Below, in pieces: positions 1 to 10,092 of a DNA stretch of 64,000 bases; the stretch's first letter is position 1; the number at the start of each line of letters is the position of its first letter. The notes under the pieces are model-generated. The model worked only from the letters and a program-made list of their open reading frames with translations, was not told where the DNA came from and ran no database searches. The stretch covers positions 151,895 through 215,894 of the forward strand of contig JANFXS010000001.1 of NCBI GenBank assembly GCA_024460105.1. The letters are read 5' to 3'. A program made the translations under genes and the position numbers. Source of the stretch: Anaerotignum faecicola. GTDB lineage: Bacteria; Bacillota; Clostridia; Lachnospirales; Anaerotignaceae.

Positions 1-262
1 GCTTTTCAAATGTCCCGTTCACCAACAGATTTTTCATCTGCTCCACATTGGTATACGCGCCTACAATATTATTTGCATCCATAAAATTAAACATTGACAC
101 AATAATATATGACAAAAATATATTTATCGGAAGACCTAACAAAATCGAAATATCAAGTATTGATTTAAAACATGTTTTATACACCGTTTTAGAAATTGCC
201 ATTAGTTCAAATATATTAAATTCACGTTTTTTAAGTTCCTCAATAGGCAGCATGGTATCCTC
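1..262 (-). CDS. Partial CDS giving the N-terminus of a polytopic membrane protein. It starts at 262 and continues past the window start.
   Basis: The minus strand has a strong RBS AAGGAGGATACC immediately before ATG at 262. The frame stays open to the window edge. The translation MLPIEELKKREFNIFELMAISKTV... is hydrophobic and helix-rich. Family not recognised. Confidence 0.45.
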
Positions 263-365
263 CTTTATTTGTTATACTGAATGATATTATACTATTTTTC
301 CCATGAAAATAAAAGGAGTTTTTAACCATGTAATTTCCTTCGGTTTTTGTCGGAATATTCCGCTC

Positions 366-1196
366 CTAAATCTTCAGGCCGTATATCCTCTTGGCGTTTT
401 CATAAAAAACTTTTTCATGTTCGCTTTCGGGAATTAAAAACCTTGCAAACTCCAAATAATTTTCAATATTTACTATGGGCCAGTCCGTCCCGTATATAAT
501 GCGGCTGTAATCGCCTATATATCCAAGCCATGTTTTAATCATGTTTATATAATTTAAATTTTCGTTTATAAACTTTCCAACGTCAAACCTGCCTTCAAGT
601 ATACCGGAAATATCGGCGTACACATTACGGTTTTTTTCAATCACCGAGGCCGCGTCGCAAAGCCATGGATTTCCGAAATGGCACATAACAAAGTTTACTC
701 CCGGATGGCTGACGGCCGCCTCGTCAACTGTAAGCGGGTGGCTGTACTTTAGCAGGGAACCCCCTTTTTTTGTATTTGCCACTGCTCCGGTATGTATTGC
801 GACAGGCTTATTGTACTTTTCCGCAAGTTTATAAAAAGGTTCGTAAATCTCATCATAAACATAAAAATGGCAGTAACCCGGGTATAACTTTATTCCGACA
901 CATTCATCCCTTTTAAGATGAAGTTCAGCCATTTCCACAAAATATTTTAAAGGCCTTTCATTAAAAGTATTGCTGTCAAGGCCGACGCAATAACTCATGT
1001 ATTCCGGATATATATGGTTTTCAAGCTCCAAATCTAAATTTCCCATAACAATGGCATGACATATATTGTTTTTTTCAAAAACTTCTTTTAAATGCTTTTC
1101 ACTGTTTATATGCCCGGATGAAGCGGCCACCTCTGAAAAATTTTCATATTCAGGCCTGAAATGTATATGCCCGTCGATAATTTTCATAATTCTCAC
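366..1196 (-). CDS. Amidohydrolase-family (TIM-barrel metal-dependent) hydrolase
   Basis: 276 aa ORF. N-terminal DGHIHF motif typical of amidohydrolase-2/TatD-like metal-dependent hydrolases; HTG and CHFG motifs further in. Confidence 0.65.
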   Translation of the reverse strand: MRIMKIIDGHIHFRPEYENFSEVAASSGHINSEKHLKEVFEKNNICHAIVMGNLDLELENHIYPEYMSYCVGLDSNTFNERPLKYFVEMAELHLKRDECVGIKLYPGYCHFYVYDEIYEPFYKLAEKYNKPVAIHTGAVANTKKGGSLLKYSHPLTVDEAAVSHPGVNFVMCHFGNPWLCDAASVIEKNRNVYADISGILEGRFDVGKFINENLNYINMIKTWLGYIGDYSRIIYGTDWPIVNIENYLEFARFLIPESEHEKVFYENAKRIYGLKI

Positions 1197-1616
1197 CTCT
1201 GTAAATTAAATATGCCGGATTAAGTATACCACAATTATACAAATTATACACGATAAGAACAGAAGGTTTATTTACAAATGTCTTTTATAAGCCTCAAAAT
1301 CCATAATTTTAGTTAAACATAGCGCAATAGGGACGCCATACAATTTATTGACGGCTGTTATTCAATATATCCATATGCCGCAATTAAACAAATCAATATT
1401 TACAACAGGAATTCGCTGTGACATGGCGCCGTCATTAAACAGACGAGTTACCTCTGCTCCCATTAAACCGAGGCAAAATTCATATTTTCTTCTTAAACTT
1501 ACATACATATTATCTATGTCTTTTTTTAATCCTAGGGTTTCATAGCGCGTTTTTATGTTTACCGGCGCAAAAAAGAACGGCCTTCTTTTAAAAGCCGTTC
1601 CTTTTTGAGGGAAATA

Positions 1617-3038
1617 TTATATTTTATCACAATAAACCTTTCCGGGGTTTAGGATAAACTTTGGATCGAAGGCCGCTTTGATGCCTTCCATAATCTGTAT
1701 ATTCTTTTCGCCGAGGGACTGTTCCAAATATCCTACTTTGGCATGCCCTATGCCGTGTTCGCCCGAAACCTGGCCCCCCATTTCTTCGGCTTTATCATAC
1801 ATCTTTTTCATAACTTTGTTAAGGCGTTCCATCCATACGTCCTCTTCGAGATCGTCCTTACATACATAAACATGGATGTTCCCATCGCCGGCATGGCCGA
1901 AACTCCTAATCCTGATTTCACATTCCTTTTCAAGGCCGTTTACAAATTTAACAAAATCGGCAATTCTGTCCCGCGGTACAACAACGTCACATTCGTCCAT
2001 TGCAGGCGTCGAACTTTTAATAGCCTCAAGGAACGCCCCCCGTGCGGACCAAATCGCTTCCTTCCTTTCTTCGGTATCGGATATAAAAACGTCCTCGGCG
2101 CCGCAGTCAAGGCATACTTGCGCAACGCTGTCACAGATACTGTCAGTTTCTTCTTTTGTATTTCCGTCAAAAGAAAGTATTAAATAAGCGTCGGAGCCCT
2201 TGTCTGGGAACACCTTTCCCAAATATTCTTCTGCCGCCATTATGACTTCTCTCTGCATAAATTCAAGCGTTGTAGGTATAAGTTTATTTTCAAAAAATTT
2301 AGGCACTGTATCAATACATTTGTCAAGATCCGGAAACGGTACAAGAAGGCTTACGCTCCTTTTCGGAAGAGGTATAAGCTCCAAAGTTATTTTCGTTACA
2401 AAACCGAGCGTTCCCTCCGAGCCTATCAATATATCAAGCAGGCTGTATCCGGAACTGTTTTTAGCAACATTGCTGCCTAAGTTTATTACTGTCCCGTCGG
2501 AAAGCACAACTTCCATGGCCCTTACATAATCCCTTGTAACGCCGTATTTAACAGCCCTCATGCCTCCGGCGTTCGTCATTACGTTGCCTCCGATTGTAGC
2601 GCTTTTCTCGCCTGGATCGGGAGGATACAGAAGCCCTTTTTCCTGAACAATAGCCGCAAGCTCCATAAGCATAAGCCCCGGCTCTACCGTTATAGTAAGG
2701 TTATTCATATCAATACCGATAACCTTATTCATTTTTGCCGTAGAAAGCATAACTCCTCCGAATTTTGCAACGGCTCCTCCGCAAAGCCCCGTACCGCTGC
2801 CCCTCGGTACAACGGGTATGCTTCTTTCCCAGCAATAACGCATTATATTTGAAACTTCTTCAGTGGTGAGCACTTCAACTACGGCTTCAGGAGGATATTT
2901 ACCATATTCCGGCATTTCGTCATGGTAATAGTCAAGATTTATCGCATCTTTTACAAATACTCTTTCAGGCGAAGTCATATCAATAAGATCCTTTATATTT
3001 TCATCGCTGACTTTATTATAAACCGGTTTGTATGTCAT
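1617..3038 (-). CDS. FAD-linked oxidase, GlcD/LctD-like D-lactate dehydrogenase
   Basis: 473 aa. FAD-binding PCMH domain (RGSGTGLCGG) plus a C-terminal FAD-oxidase domain. It overlaps the upstream etfA stop by 4 nt, which suggests translational coupling. Confidence 0.85.
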   Translation of the reverse strand: MTYKPVYNKVSDENIKDLIDMTSPERVFVKDAINLDYYHDEMPEYGKYPPEAVVEVLTTEEVSNIMRYCWERSIPVVPRGSGTGLCGGAVAKFGGVMLSTAKMNKVIGIDMNNLTITVEPGLMLMELAAIVQEKGLLYPPDPGEKSATIGGNVMTNAGGMRAVKYGVTRDYVRAMEVVLSDGTVINLGSNVAKNSSGYSLLDILIGSEGTLGFVTKITLELIPLPKRSVSLLVPFPDLDKCIDTVPKFFENKLIPTTLEFMQREVIMAAEEYLGKVFPDKGSDAYLILSFDGNTKEETDSICDSVAQVCLDCGAEDVFISDTEERKEAIWSARGAFLEAIKSSTPAMDECDVVVPRDRIADFVKFVNGLEKECEIRIRSFGHAGDGNIHVYVCKDDLEEDVWMERLNKVMKKMYDKAEEMGGQVSGEHGIGHAKVGYLEQSLGEKNIQIMEGIKAAFDPKFILNPGKVYCDKI

Positions 3039-4225
3039 GCTAAAGCGCCTCCTTCTTCAAGCCTTTTTGTCATTTCGGGTATTATTTCGTATAAATCTCC
3101 CACTATACAATAGTTTGCTATATTAAATATGTTGGCGTTTGGATCGCTGTTTATGGCAATAATACATTCGGAGTTTTTCATTCCTGCCGCAAACTGTATT
3201 GCTCCCGATACGCCGCATGTTATAATAAGTTTCGGTTTTACAGTCCTTCCCGAAAGGCCGATCTGTTTTGTATAATGAAGCCAGCCCTTTTCTATTATCG
3301 GTCTTGTTCCCGCTATCCTTGCGCCTATCTTATCTGCAAATTCCTGAATCATGTCAAAGTCAGCCTTAACCTTAATCCCACGGCCGACTGCCACAAGCAC
3401 CTCGGCCTCTGCAATATCTTCCGTTTTAACAACAGGAACGCTTTTTATAACTTCAATAGCGTCCTTAACCATGCTGTCCGCAACGCCGCACCTTACTATC
3501 TCAGCCTTTGGATTGTCACGCCGTTCAGCCTTGTTCATGACTTTGCACCTGACTGTGGCAAACTGCGGGCGTGCATTTTGAGTCACTATCTGCGCCATTA
3601 TATTGCCGCCGAATGCCGGCCTAATCTGGACTAAATCGGAATTTTCTTTTATATCAAGCATTGTGCAGTCAGCCGTTAACCCTGTCCTGAACCTTGTCGC
3701 CAAGCTTGGGGCAAGGGAACGGCCTACAGGCGTAGCCCCTACAAGCACAACGGACGGCTTTATTTTATTTATACAGTCCTCAACTACATTCGGATAAACG
3801 TCGCCTTTAAAATACCTGAGTCTTTCATCCTCATATATATAAACTTTATCGGCGCCGTAAGCAATAACTTCCTTTGCAATTCCTTCCAGCCCTTCAGCTC
3901 CCAATACTACGGCATAAACCTGTTGTTTTACTTTTTCGGCAAGCTCAAGCGCTTTACCTACAAGTTCAAGTCCTACGCTGTGGGCCGCCCCTCCGTCAAC
4001 TTCTATGAACACAAGTATCCCTTTCCACTCGTCTTTATTCACAGCGCGCACTTTTGCAGTTTCAAAAGAAATTGCTTCGGCAGGACAAGCTTTTATACAA
4101 AGCTTGCAGTTTTTGCATCCCGCCCCTACTTCAGGCCTCCCGTCTTTCATTTCTATTGCATAAAACGGACAAGCGTCAACACATTTGCCGCATCCGATAC
4201 ATTTTCCGTTATTTATAACAATCAT
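3035..4225 (-). CDS. etfA: Electron-transfer flavoprotein alpha subunit with an N-terminal 2x[4Fe-4S] ferredoxin domain (LctC-like)
   Basis: 396 aa. N-terminus has CIGCGKCVDACP and CKNCKLCIKACP cluster motifs, followed by a canonical EtfA FAD-binding domain. Confidence 0.85.
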   Translation of the reverse strand: MIVINNGKCIGCGKCVDACPFYAIEMKDGRPEVGAGCKNCKLCIKACPAEAISFETAKVRAVNKDEWKGILVFIEVDGGAAHSVGLELVGKALELAEKVKQQVYAVVLGAEGLEGIAKEVIAYGADKVYIYEDERLRYFKGDVYPNVVEDCINKIKPSVVLVGATPVGRSLAPSLATRFRTGLTADCTMLDIKENSDLVQIRPAFGGNIMAQIVTQNARPQFATVRCKVMNKAERRDNPKAEIVRCGVADSMVKDAIEVIKSVPVVKTEDIAEAEVLVAVGRGIKVKADFDMIQEFADKIGARIAGTRPIIEKGWLHYTKQIGLSGRTVKPKLIITCGVSGAIQFAAGMKNSECIIAINSDPNANIFNIANYCIVGDLYEIIPEMTKRLEEGGALA

Positions 4226-4242
4226 AATGACGCCTCCCTATT

Positions 4243-5031
4243 TTAAACATACTTTCCTTTTTTAAGCACATCCATAAAACCGTCGCATTGTTCCATAAAG
4301 CTCCCTCTGATAAAAACGCTGTCGCCCTTTGTTTCCGGCGGGAATATCCTTTCAACGCTCGTTCCTGAACCCATAAGTCCGTAATTGCTTTCGTCCCTGT
4401 CGCCGAATTCATTTAATGTCAAAGTCGCAACCGGCCTGTCTTTCGTTTGTATTTTCTTTTTATAGGAAGGCAGTCTGGGTTCAAATACGCCTTTTTCAAC
4501 TGTAATTAAACAAGGATATTTAACTTTCACAGTCTGTGTAAACGTATTTAAGTCCTGCTGAACCGTTATGTACTGTTCGTCAAAATCTATAAGCTTATCA
4601 ACCCATGCAGCGTGCGGTATATCCAAAAATTCGGAGATTGCCGGGCCAACCTGTGCAGTATCCCCATCGGTTGTCTGTTTGCCGCATATTATAATGTCAA
4701 ACTCCCCAATCATTTTAATGCCTTGGCTTAAAGTATAGCTTGTGGCAAGCACATCGCTTCCGGCAAAGCGCCTGTCGCTGAAGAGGTAACCGTTATCAAC
4801 GCCCATTGCATAAGCTTCTTTTATTATTTCCGTTGCCTGCGGCGGCCCCATCGTACATACAGTAACTGTGCCGCCTGTTTTTTCTTTCATTTTAAGAGCA
4901 AATTCTATCGCGTATAAATCATACGGATTCATTTTTGAATCCACGCCGTCTCTTTTAAGCGCGCCTGTATTTTGATCTACCTCCACTTTGTTTGTGCCCG
5001 GAACCTGCTTGATACAAACAACGATGTTCAT
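4243..5031 (-). CDS. etfB: Electron-transfer flavoprotein beta subunit (LctB-like)
   Basis: 262 aa. MNIVVCIKQVP... is the canonical EtfB N-terminus. It lies directly upstream of etfA. Confidence 0.85.
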   Translation of the reverse strand: MNIVVCIKQVPGTNKVEVDQNTGALKRDGVDSKMNPYDLYAIEFALKMKEKTGGTVTVCTMGPPQATEIIKEAYAMGVDNGYLFSDRRFAGSDVLATSYTLSQGIKMIGEFDIIICGKQTTDGDTAQVGPAISEFLDIPHAAWVDKLIDFDEQYITVQQDLNTFTQTVKVKYPCLITVEKGVFEPRLPSYKKKIQTKDRPVATLTLNEFGDRDESNYGLMGSGTSVERIFPPETKGDSVFIRGSFMEQCDGFMDVLKKGKYV

Positions 5032-6049
5032 ATAAATTCCCCTCTCCCAATAAACAATAACATACTCTTACAGTGAAAAATCAGTTCTTGGCCTAATATT
5101 TCCAAGTTAGAATACCGCTAAATCAAATTCTTCAGCTCTGCTGCTTAGTTTTAAATTTCGGCTTTTTAATTTAAAAAATGTATTCCATGAAGCATCGAAA
5201 GCGGTATTATTTAATTACAAATTGCCTCCTCTTTGTGCGCCTCCTTTTTGCCTGATTTTCCTTAACAGAAATTGTGAAGGAAAAAACTATCTGTCAGGTT
5301 GTCAGACCACTATACCAACATACTACATTATTACCAAAAATTTGTAAAGTAGTTTTTGAAAAAAACAAAAAATATTTTGCATGGAAACTGCTTTGTTTAC
5401 GAAACAACCTTATTTTTAAGGTTTTTAAATACCGTTTTAATATAATAACAATAAAAAACATGCCGAAAAAAGTATTTCAAAGCATGTTTTGGATTGTTTT
5501 TCTCAATTTTCGCATGTAAAAAAAATAACAATAAAAGAAAAAATTATACTCTTCAATTATATATAACGTAATATAATAAACACATTATAAATTGTTGCAG
5601 ATTTTAACCGAAATTAATTTCATGTCAGCTTAAACCGATACTAATTGTTTTAAAATTTATTAACAGCTTCGGCTGATTTTAACATACAGCATAGCTCAAT
5701 AGCCGCGTTAAAGCCGCTTGACACAGTGTTTGCCGTTCCTGCTCATCTTTATTTTGCTCTTGCGGCACTGCGGCCCGTTAAAACCTTCCGGCCTAACAAG
5801 TGAAAAATTTCTTCTGTTCAAGATATATATACACAGGCAATCGGCTCCTACGGCAAGCATATGCAACACTGAAATTCGGAAATATTTCATTGCCATGAGT
5901 ATATGCTCCTGTAAACCGAAGTTGCCGTCAATATATTAATTATGTCAATTAATATTCGGCCATTGATATATATAAACTTCCGGGGGGCATAGCGCCTTAA
6001 TATTCCCCAATAATTCCCCTTGCCATGAACAAATCCGGCTTAATTATAA

Positions 6050-6090
6050 ATATAAAAACGGCCGCACAGCAAAGTTCGGCCGTAAATATC
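6050..6090 (-). terminator. Rho-independent terminator at the end of the thi operon
   Basis: Minus strand reads CGGCCGAACTTTGCTGTGCGGCCG followed by TTTTTTAT, 20-60 nt past the HAD gene stop. Confidence 0.6.
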
Positions 6091-6109
6091 TTATACTATT
6101 TAATATTCC

Positions 6110-6742
6110 TTATATAAGCTCTTTATAAGTTTTAATATACATATCGGCCGTTTTAATTATTGTATCCCTATCGTCCTTAGAGCTTTCATCTTCAACGGCA
6201 ACAGTATAATATCCCCTGCCTTTTGCATTTACAACGCCATGGCATGCATCCTCAAAAACAGCCGTATCCGCTGCCGTTCCCCCCAGCCTTTCGGCCGCGG
6301 CGTCATATATTTCGCCGCTTGATTTACTCATGCCAAGTCCCGTGCATGTAAAAATACCGTTTATAAACTTATCTATGCCAAGTCGTTTTACAGCCGGGAT
6401 AACATAATCTTCTTCGGAAGCGGTAAGAATACACATGTTTGTACCCTTTTTGTATTCCTTTTCCAAAAATTCGTACGCATATGGTTTCAGAGGTATTGTA
6501 TTTGCATAGCAGTCTTTAACCATTGATATAATCGACGAAATCATGTGATCAAAACTGCATTCAAGCCCTAAATTTTCGGCGAAATATCGGTGGCTTTCTT
6601 CAAAAGACATAGTTTTAAAAATTTCTTCAATATCTTCCGGCGGCTCAACGCCGTTGTCTTTAAGAAACTTTTTGCCTACGCCGTTCCAAACGGGCATTGA
6701 ATCTATCAAAGTGCCGTCAAGGTCAAAAATTATATTTTTCAT
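6110..6742 (-). CDS. HAD-superfamily hydrolase, probably a phosphatase in thiamine salvage
   Basis: 210 aa. MKNIIFDLDGTLIDS is HAD motif I. It overlaps the thiE stop by 4 nt, so it is co-operonic with thiW-thiM-thiE. Confidence 0.75.
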   Translation of the reverse strand: MKNIIFDLDGTLIDSMPVWNGVGKKFLKDNGVEPPEDIEEIFKTMSFEESHRYFAENLGLECSFDHMISSIISMVKDCYANTIPLKPYAYEFLEKEYKKGTNMCILTASEEDYVIPAVKRLGIDKFINGIFTCTGLGMSKSSGEIYDAAAERLGGTAADTAVFEDACHGVVNAKGRGYYTVAVEDESSKDDRDTIIKTADMYIKTYKELI

Positions 6743-7359
6743 TTTCCAGTCATCTCCTCAGAAAGCTTAAGGAGTTCTTTTGCGGCGCAATATGCATCAT
6801 CCGCGGCAAACAAGGCGGAAACTACGGCTACACCGTCCGCTCCGGAGCCTTTAAGTTCCAATATATTATTTTTGTTAATTCCGCCTATGGCAACCACCGG
6901 AATAGAAACGCTTTCCGTAATTTTTTTCATTTCTTCAAATGTTACGGCCGTAGCGTCCAATTTAGTATCTGTATGGAACACGGCCCCGACGCCTATATAA
7001 TCCGCACCGTTTTTTTCAGCCTGCAAAGCTTCTTCAAAGTTGCCTGCCGAAATACCGATAATTTTATCTTCTCCCAGTATCTGCCTTGCCTTCCTTGCCT
7101 CCATATCGCTTTGTCCAATATGTACTCCATCGGCGTCGACAGCTTTTGCAACTTCTATATTGTCATTGATAACAAACGGGACTTTGTATCTGTCTGTCAC
7201 TTCCTTGATTTTTTTAGCTTCGGAAATAAATTCCTTTTCCGAAATGTCTTTTTCCCTCAGTTGGACAAATGTCGCCCCTGCCTTTAAGATTTTTTCAACT
7301 TCGTCTTCAAGCTTTCTGCCGTTAAGCCATGTCCTGTCAGTAACGGCATATAAAAGCAT
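6739..7359 (-). CDS. thiE: Thiamine-phosphate synthase
   Basis: TMP-TENI fold motifs (LYAVTD, VQLREKD, GADGVHIGQSD). The ORF-track start at 7404 overlaps thiM; an internal Met at about 7359 (MLLYAVTD) is the more likely start. Confidence 0.8.
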   Translation of the reverse strand: MLLYAVTDRTWLNGRKLEDEVEKILKAGATFVQLREKDISEKEFISEAKKIKEVTDRYKVPFVINDNIEVAKAVDADGVHIGQSDMEARKARQILGEDKIIGISAGNFEEALQAEKNGADYIGVGAVFHTDTKLDATAVTFEEMKKITESVSIPVVAIGGINKNNILELKGSGADGVAVVSALFAADDAYCAAKELLKLSEEMTGK

Positions 7360-7366
7360 CGTTTCT

Positions 7367-8206
7367 TTATCTAACTTCAATTTTAGCGCCCTCCTTAAAA
7401 ACATCCGCCGTCATTTTGCTTACATAATCAATAAGGTGCATACGGAAAGACGACGTTCCTCCTTCAGTTTCAACTGTTTTTTTGTAAGCAAGCTCGCCTG
7501 CATATCCAAAACTGCTTACGGCAACAGCAGCCGCGTTAAGTATATCGTCGGGATTTGCCGAACAAAAAACGCCGATTAAACTTGAAAGCATGCATCCGGT
7601 TCCCGTCACCTTGGACATAATATTGTGCCCGTTTTTGATTATATAAGCTCTGGTACTGTCTGATATTATATCAAATTCACCGCTTATGGCAATAACCGCG
7701 CCTGTTTTTCTGCTTAATTCTTTGGCAAATCCGACTGTTTTGTCCAAATTTTCATATGTAACTTTATCGTTTTCATCCGCGTCAACGCCTTTAGCCGCAC
7801 CGCTTCCGGTAGCTAAAAATTTAATCTCCGATATGTTTCCCCTGATAACGGAAAAATTTACATTTTCCATAAGTTTAAAAAGGACGCTGTTCCTTTTTGC
7901 CGCCGCCCCTGCTCCAACAGGATCAAGCACTACGGGATGTCCGATATTGTTGTTCATTTTTCCCGCCCTGATCATGCTTTCCACCAAGTAATCGCTTATA
8001 TTCCCCATGTTTATAACAAAACCCGCGCATGCTTTTGTTATATCCTCTACCTCGTCGGGATTATCCGCCATTGTAGGGGAACCGCCGGCGGCAAGCGTAA
8101 TATTGGCGCAGTCATTTACAGTTACGATATTTGAAATATTATGTACTATAGGTTTTTTATTTTCAATATTTTTAAATATAACCTCCGCATTTTTAAATAA
8201 ATCCAT
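7367..8206 (-). CDS. thiM: Hydroxyethylthiazole kinase
   Basis: 279 aa with clear ThiM-family similarity (NIVTVNDCANITLAAGGSPTMAD, GTGCMLSSLI). Confidence 0.85.
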   Translation of the reverse strand: MDLFKNAEVIFKNIENKKPIVHNISNIVTVNDCANITLAAGGSPTMADNPDEVEDITKACAGFVINMGNISDYLVESMIRAGKMNNNIGHPVVLDPVGAGAAAKRNSVLFKLMENVNFSVIRGNISEIKFLATGSGAAKGVDADENDKVTYENLDKTVGFAKELSRKTGAVIAISGEFDIISDSTRAYIIKNGHNIMSKVTGTGCMLSSLIGVFCSANPDDILNAAAVAVSSFGYAGELAYKKTVETEGGTSSFRMHLIDYVSKMTADVFKEGAKIEVR

Positions 8207-8208
8207 AA

Positions 8209-8709
8209 TTATTCAGCCTCCTTTTGAAGTTTGTAAAGTATACCTGATTTTTTCATTGCCTTTAAGAGTACGACGGCGCACAGCGATCCGAAACATGTGC
8301 TTATCATAAATGCCGGAATATATGTAAATACTGCTACGCCCGGTGTTCCATAATAAAATTTGGCAAGAGGATAAGAGCAAAGCGCACCCAGTATCCCTGT
8401 ACCGAATATTTCACCGCCTACGGCCGCCCACATATTTTTTGTTTTGCCGAAAAGCACAGCCGCCAAGAATGCTCCTATAAGCCCTCCCGGGATTGAAAAC
8501 AGATCCTCTCCCATAATAACAAGCTTCATAACGGTTAAAAGCACAGAACATACGAAACCGTATACGGGCCCGAGAAGCACAACGCCCGAAACATTAATCA
8601 AATGCTGCATTGGAGCCGCATAACCGGGTATCCTGAATATCGGAGTCAGAACAAACCCTAATGCTGCCCATACCGCTGTGAGAACAAGTTTTTTTGTTTT
8701 TGAATCCAT
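8209..8709 (-). CDS. thiW: ThiW, the substrate-specific (S) component of an ECF transporter for a thiazole/thiamine precursor
   Basis: 166 aa membrane protein of the ThiW family. It is the first gene of the thiW-thiM-thiE-HAD operon. Confidence 0.7.
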   Translation of the reverse strand: MDSKTKKLVLTAVWAALGFVLTPIFRIPGYAAPMQHLINVSGVVLLGPVYGFVCSVLLTVMKLVIMGEDLFSIPGGLIGAFLAAVLFGKTKNMWAAVGGEIFGTGILGALCSYPLAKFYYGTPGVAVFTYIPAFMISTCFGSLCAVVLLKAMKKSGILYKLQKEAE

Positions 8710-8867
8710 TTTTATTCCTCCTTATAATAAAAAATTTTTTTATTTTGCAGGCCTTATATTCAATACATATTGATGCTATATTTATTATTTAAATCAAAAC
8801 AGCCTAATTATAATGTCGAACATACCGCCTGCTATAATTTACATTATTTTCCATAAAAACAGCAAAA

Positions 8868-8912
8868 AATGGGCCACACCCGCGGTGGTGTGCCCCATAG
8901 ACTGCAACGTTT
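8868..8912 (-). terminator. Rho-independent terminator downstream of the PPIase-like gene
   Basis: Minus strand reads GGGGCACACCACCGCGGGTGTGGCCC, a 10-bp GC stem, followed by ATTTTTTGCTGTTTTT. Confidence 0.6.
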
Positions 8913-9108
8913 ATTAAATTATATTTATTATAAATAACCGGGATAAGTTTGTCAATAAAAAATCAACGCCGCTTAAAATTAAAACTGTAAACACTGTATC
9001 GAATCCTACGGCCATTCGTCTTAAAAATGTTTCTTCAAAAACTCAATTCATGGTTCCACGCCATATCTTATAAGTTTCACGGCATAAGTAAAAATGTCTG
9101 TAATACTC

Positions 9109-10077
9109 TTATACGTCCACTTCTATTTTATTCCATGCCTCTTCGTTTCTGTATATGCTTGATTCCATCTGCCACTTTTCAAATTCTGCGCTGAAAATAT
9201 TTTGCCACACCGAATTTGTATAGTCTTCCCTGAGTTTGGCAATAACTTCTTCCCTGCTGCTTTCCTTTATTTCCATAACCCTGAATACGACGAATCCGTT
9301 GTTAATTTCTTCGGGTTTTGATATAAAACCCTCCTCAACACCTATAAATTCTCCCCATTCGCCCTCCAGTTCATTTTGATGCAGAGTTATATTTCCGCCG
9401 TCTCCCCAAGCGATTTCGGAAACATTATATTCATTGTAAAGCTCTTCAAAATCATCTCCGTTTTGAAGCCGCCCATATACTTCGTTTATTTTTTCCTCTT
9501 CGGTACAGAATATACCTTTCAGCTTTATCTGCCTTAATCCTGCCGCTGTGCTTTCATAATAGCTTTTGTAATACGCTTCATACTCAGCTTCGCTTATGGC
9601 ATAATCCTTAACGACATACTGGCGAACTTTTGAATAAAGCATTTCATCGTTAAGCACTTTCTGCATAAGCTTAATATTGCTTTCAGTGTTTTCCATTCCG
9701 TATGCCTCAAGGTATTCCGGAGCCTGACGTGCCGTTTGTTTTTCTTCGTCCTCAGTAAGCGATATATTAAAATCATTAGCCTTCTGCGCCGTAATTTTAA
9801 CGGCCGTCATAGAATTTAAAGCGCTTTCCTTCACTACATCTACAGCGCTGCGGCCGTCAAAATCCGTTTCCCATATATCATAGCCGCCTATTTCCTCAAA
9901 ACTTTTTACAGCTTCGTTCAAATATATATTAAATTCTTCCGCGCTGATTTCTTCGCCGTTTATAACCATAAAATCAGGCGGAGTTTCTTCCTTCTCAACA
10001 GTGCAGCCTGAAAATACAATTGAGGCCGCCAGCAGCACAGCGGATAATATTAATTTTACATTGTTCATCAAGCCCAC
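9109..10077 (-). CDS. SurA/PrsA-like peptidyl-prolyl isomerase lipoprotein
   Basis: 322 aa. Signal peptide with a lipobox (IVFSGC), a SurA-N-like domain and a parvulin-like segment. A foldase gene downstream of mfd is common in Firmicutes. Confidence 0.55.
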   Translation of the reverse strand: MGLMNNVKLILSAVLLAASIVFSGCTVEKEETPPDFMVINGEEISAEEFNIYLNEAVKSFEEIGGYDIWETDFDGRSAVDVVKESALNSMTAVKITAQKANDFNISLTEDEEKQTARQAPEYLEAYGMENTESNIKLMQKVLNDEMLYSKVRQYVVKDYAISEAEYEAYYKSYYESTAAGLRQIKLKGIFCTEEEKINEVYGRLQNGDDFEELYNEYNVSEIAWGDGGNITLHQNELEGEWGEFIGVEEGFISKPEEINNGFVVFRVMEIKESSREEVIAKLREDYTNSVWQNIFSAEFEKWQMESSIYRNEEAWNKIEVDV

Positions 10078-10092
10078 CTGCTTTCAAATTAA

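Noticed and set aside
48-284. 78-aa plus-strand ORF at the window start
   Set aside because: It overlaps the better-supported minus-strand partial CDS (RBS plus ATG at 262) and has no start context.
1678-2529. Many plus-strand ORFs nested antisense inside large minus-strand genes (e.g. 1743-2183, 11398-12234, 46975-47652, 58166-58750, and 60095-60637 on minus inside guaA)
   Set aside because: They lie fully inside well-supported genes on the opposite strand, are low-complexity or hydrophobic junk with no family resemblance, and lack RBSs. These are typical shadow ORFs.
8710-9108. TPP riboswitch upstream of thiW
   Set aside because: No THI-box consensus found by eye on the minus strand. Recorded as a negative finding instead.
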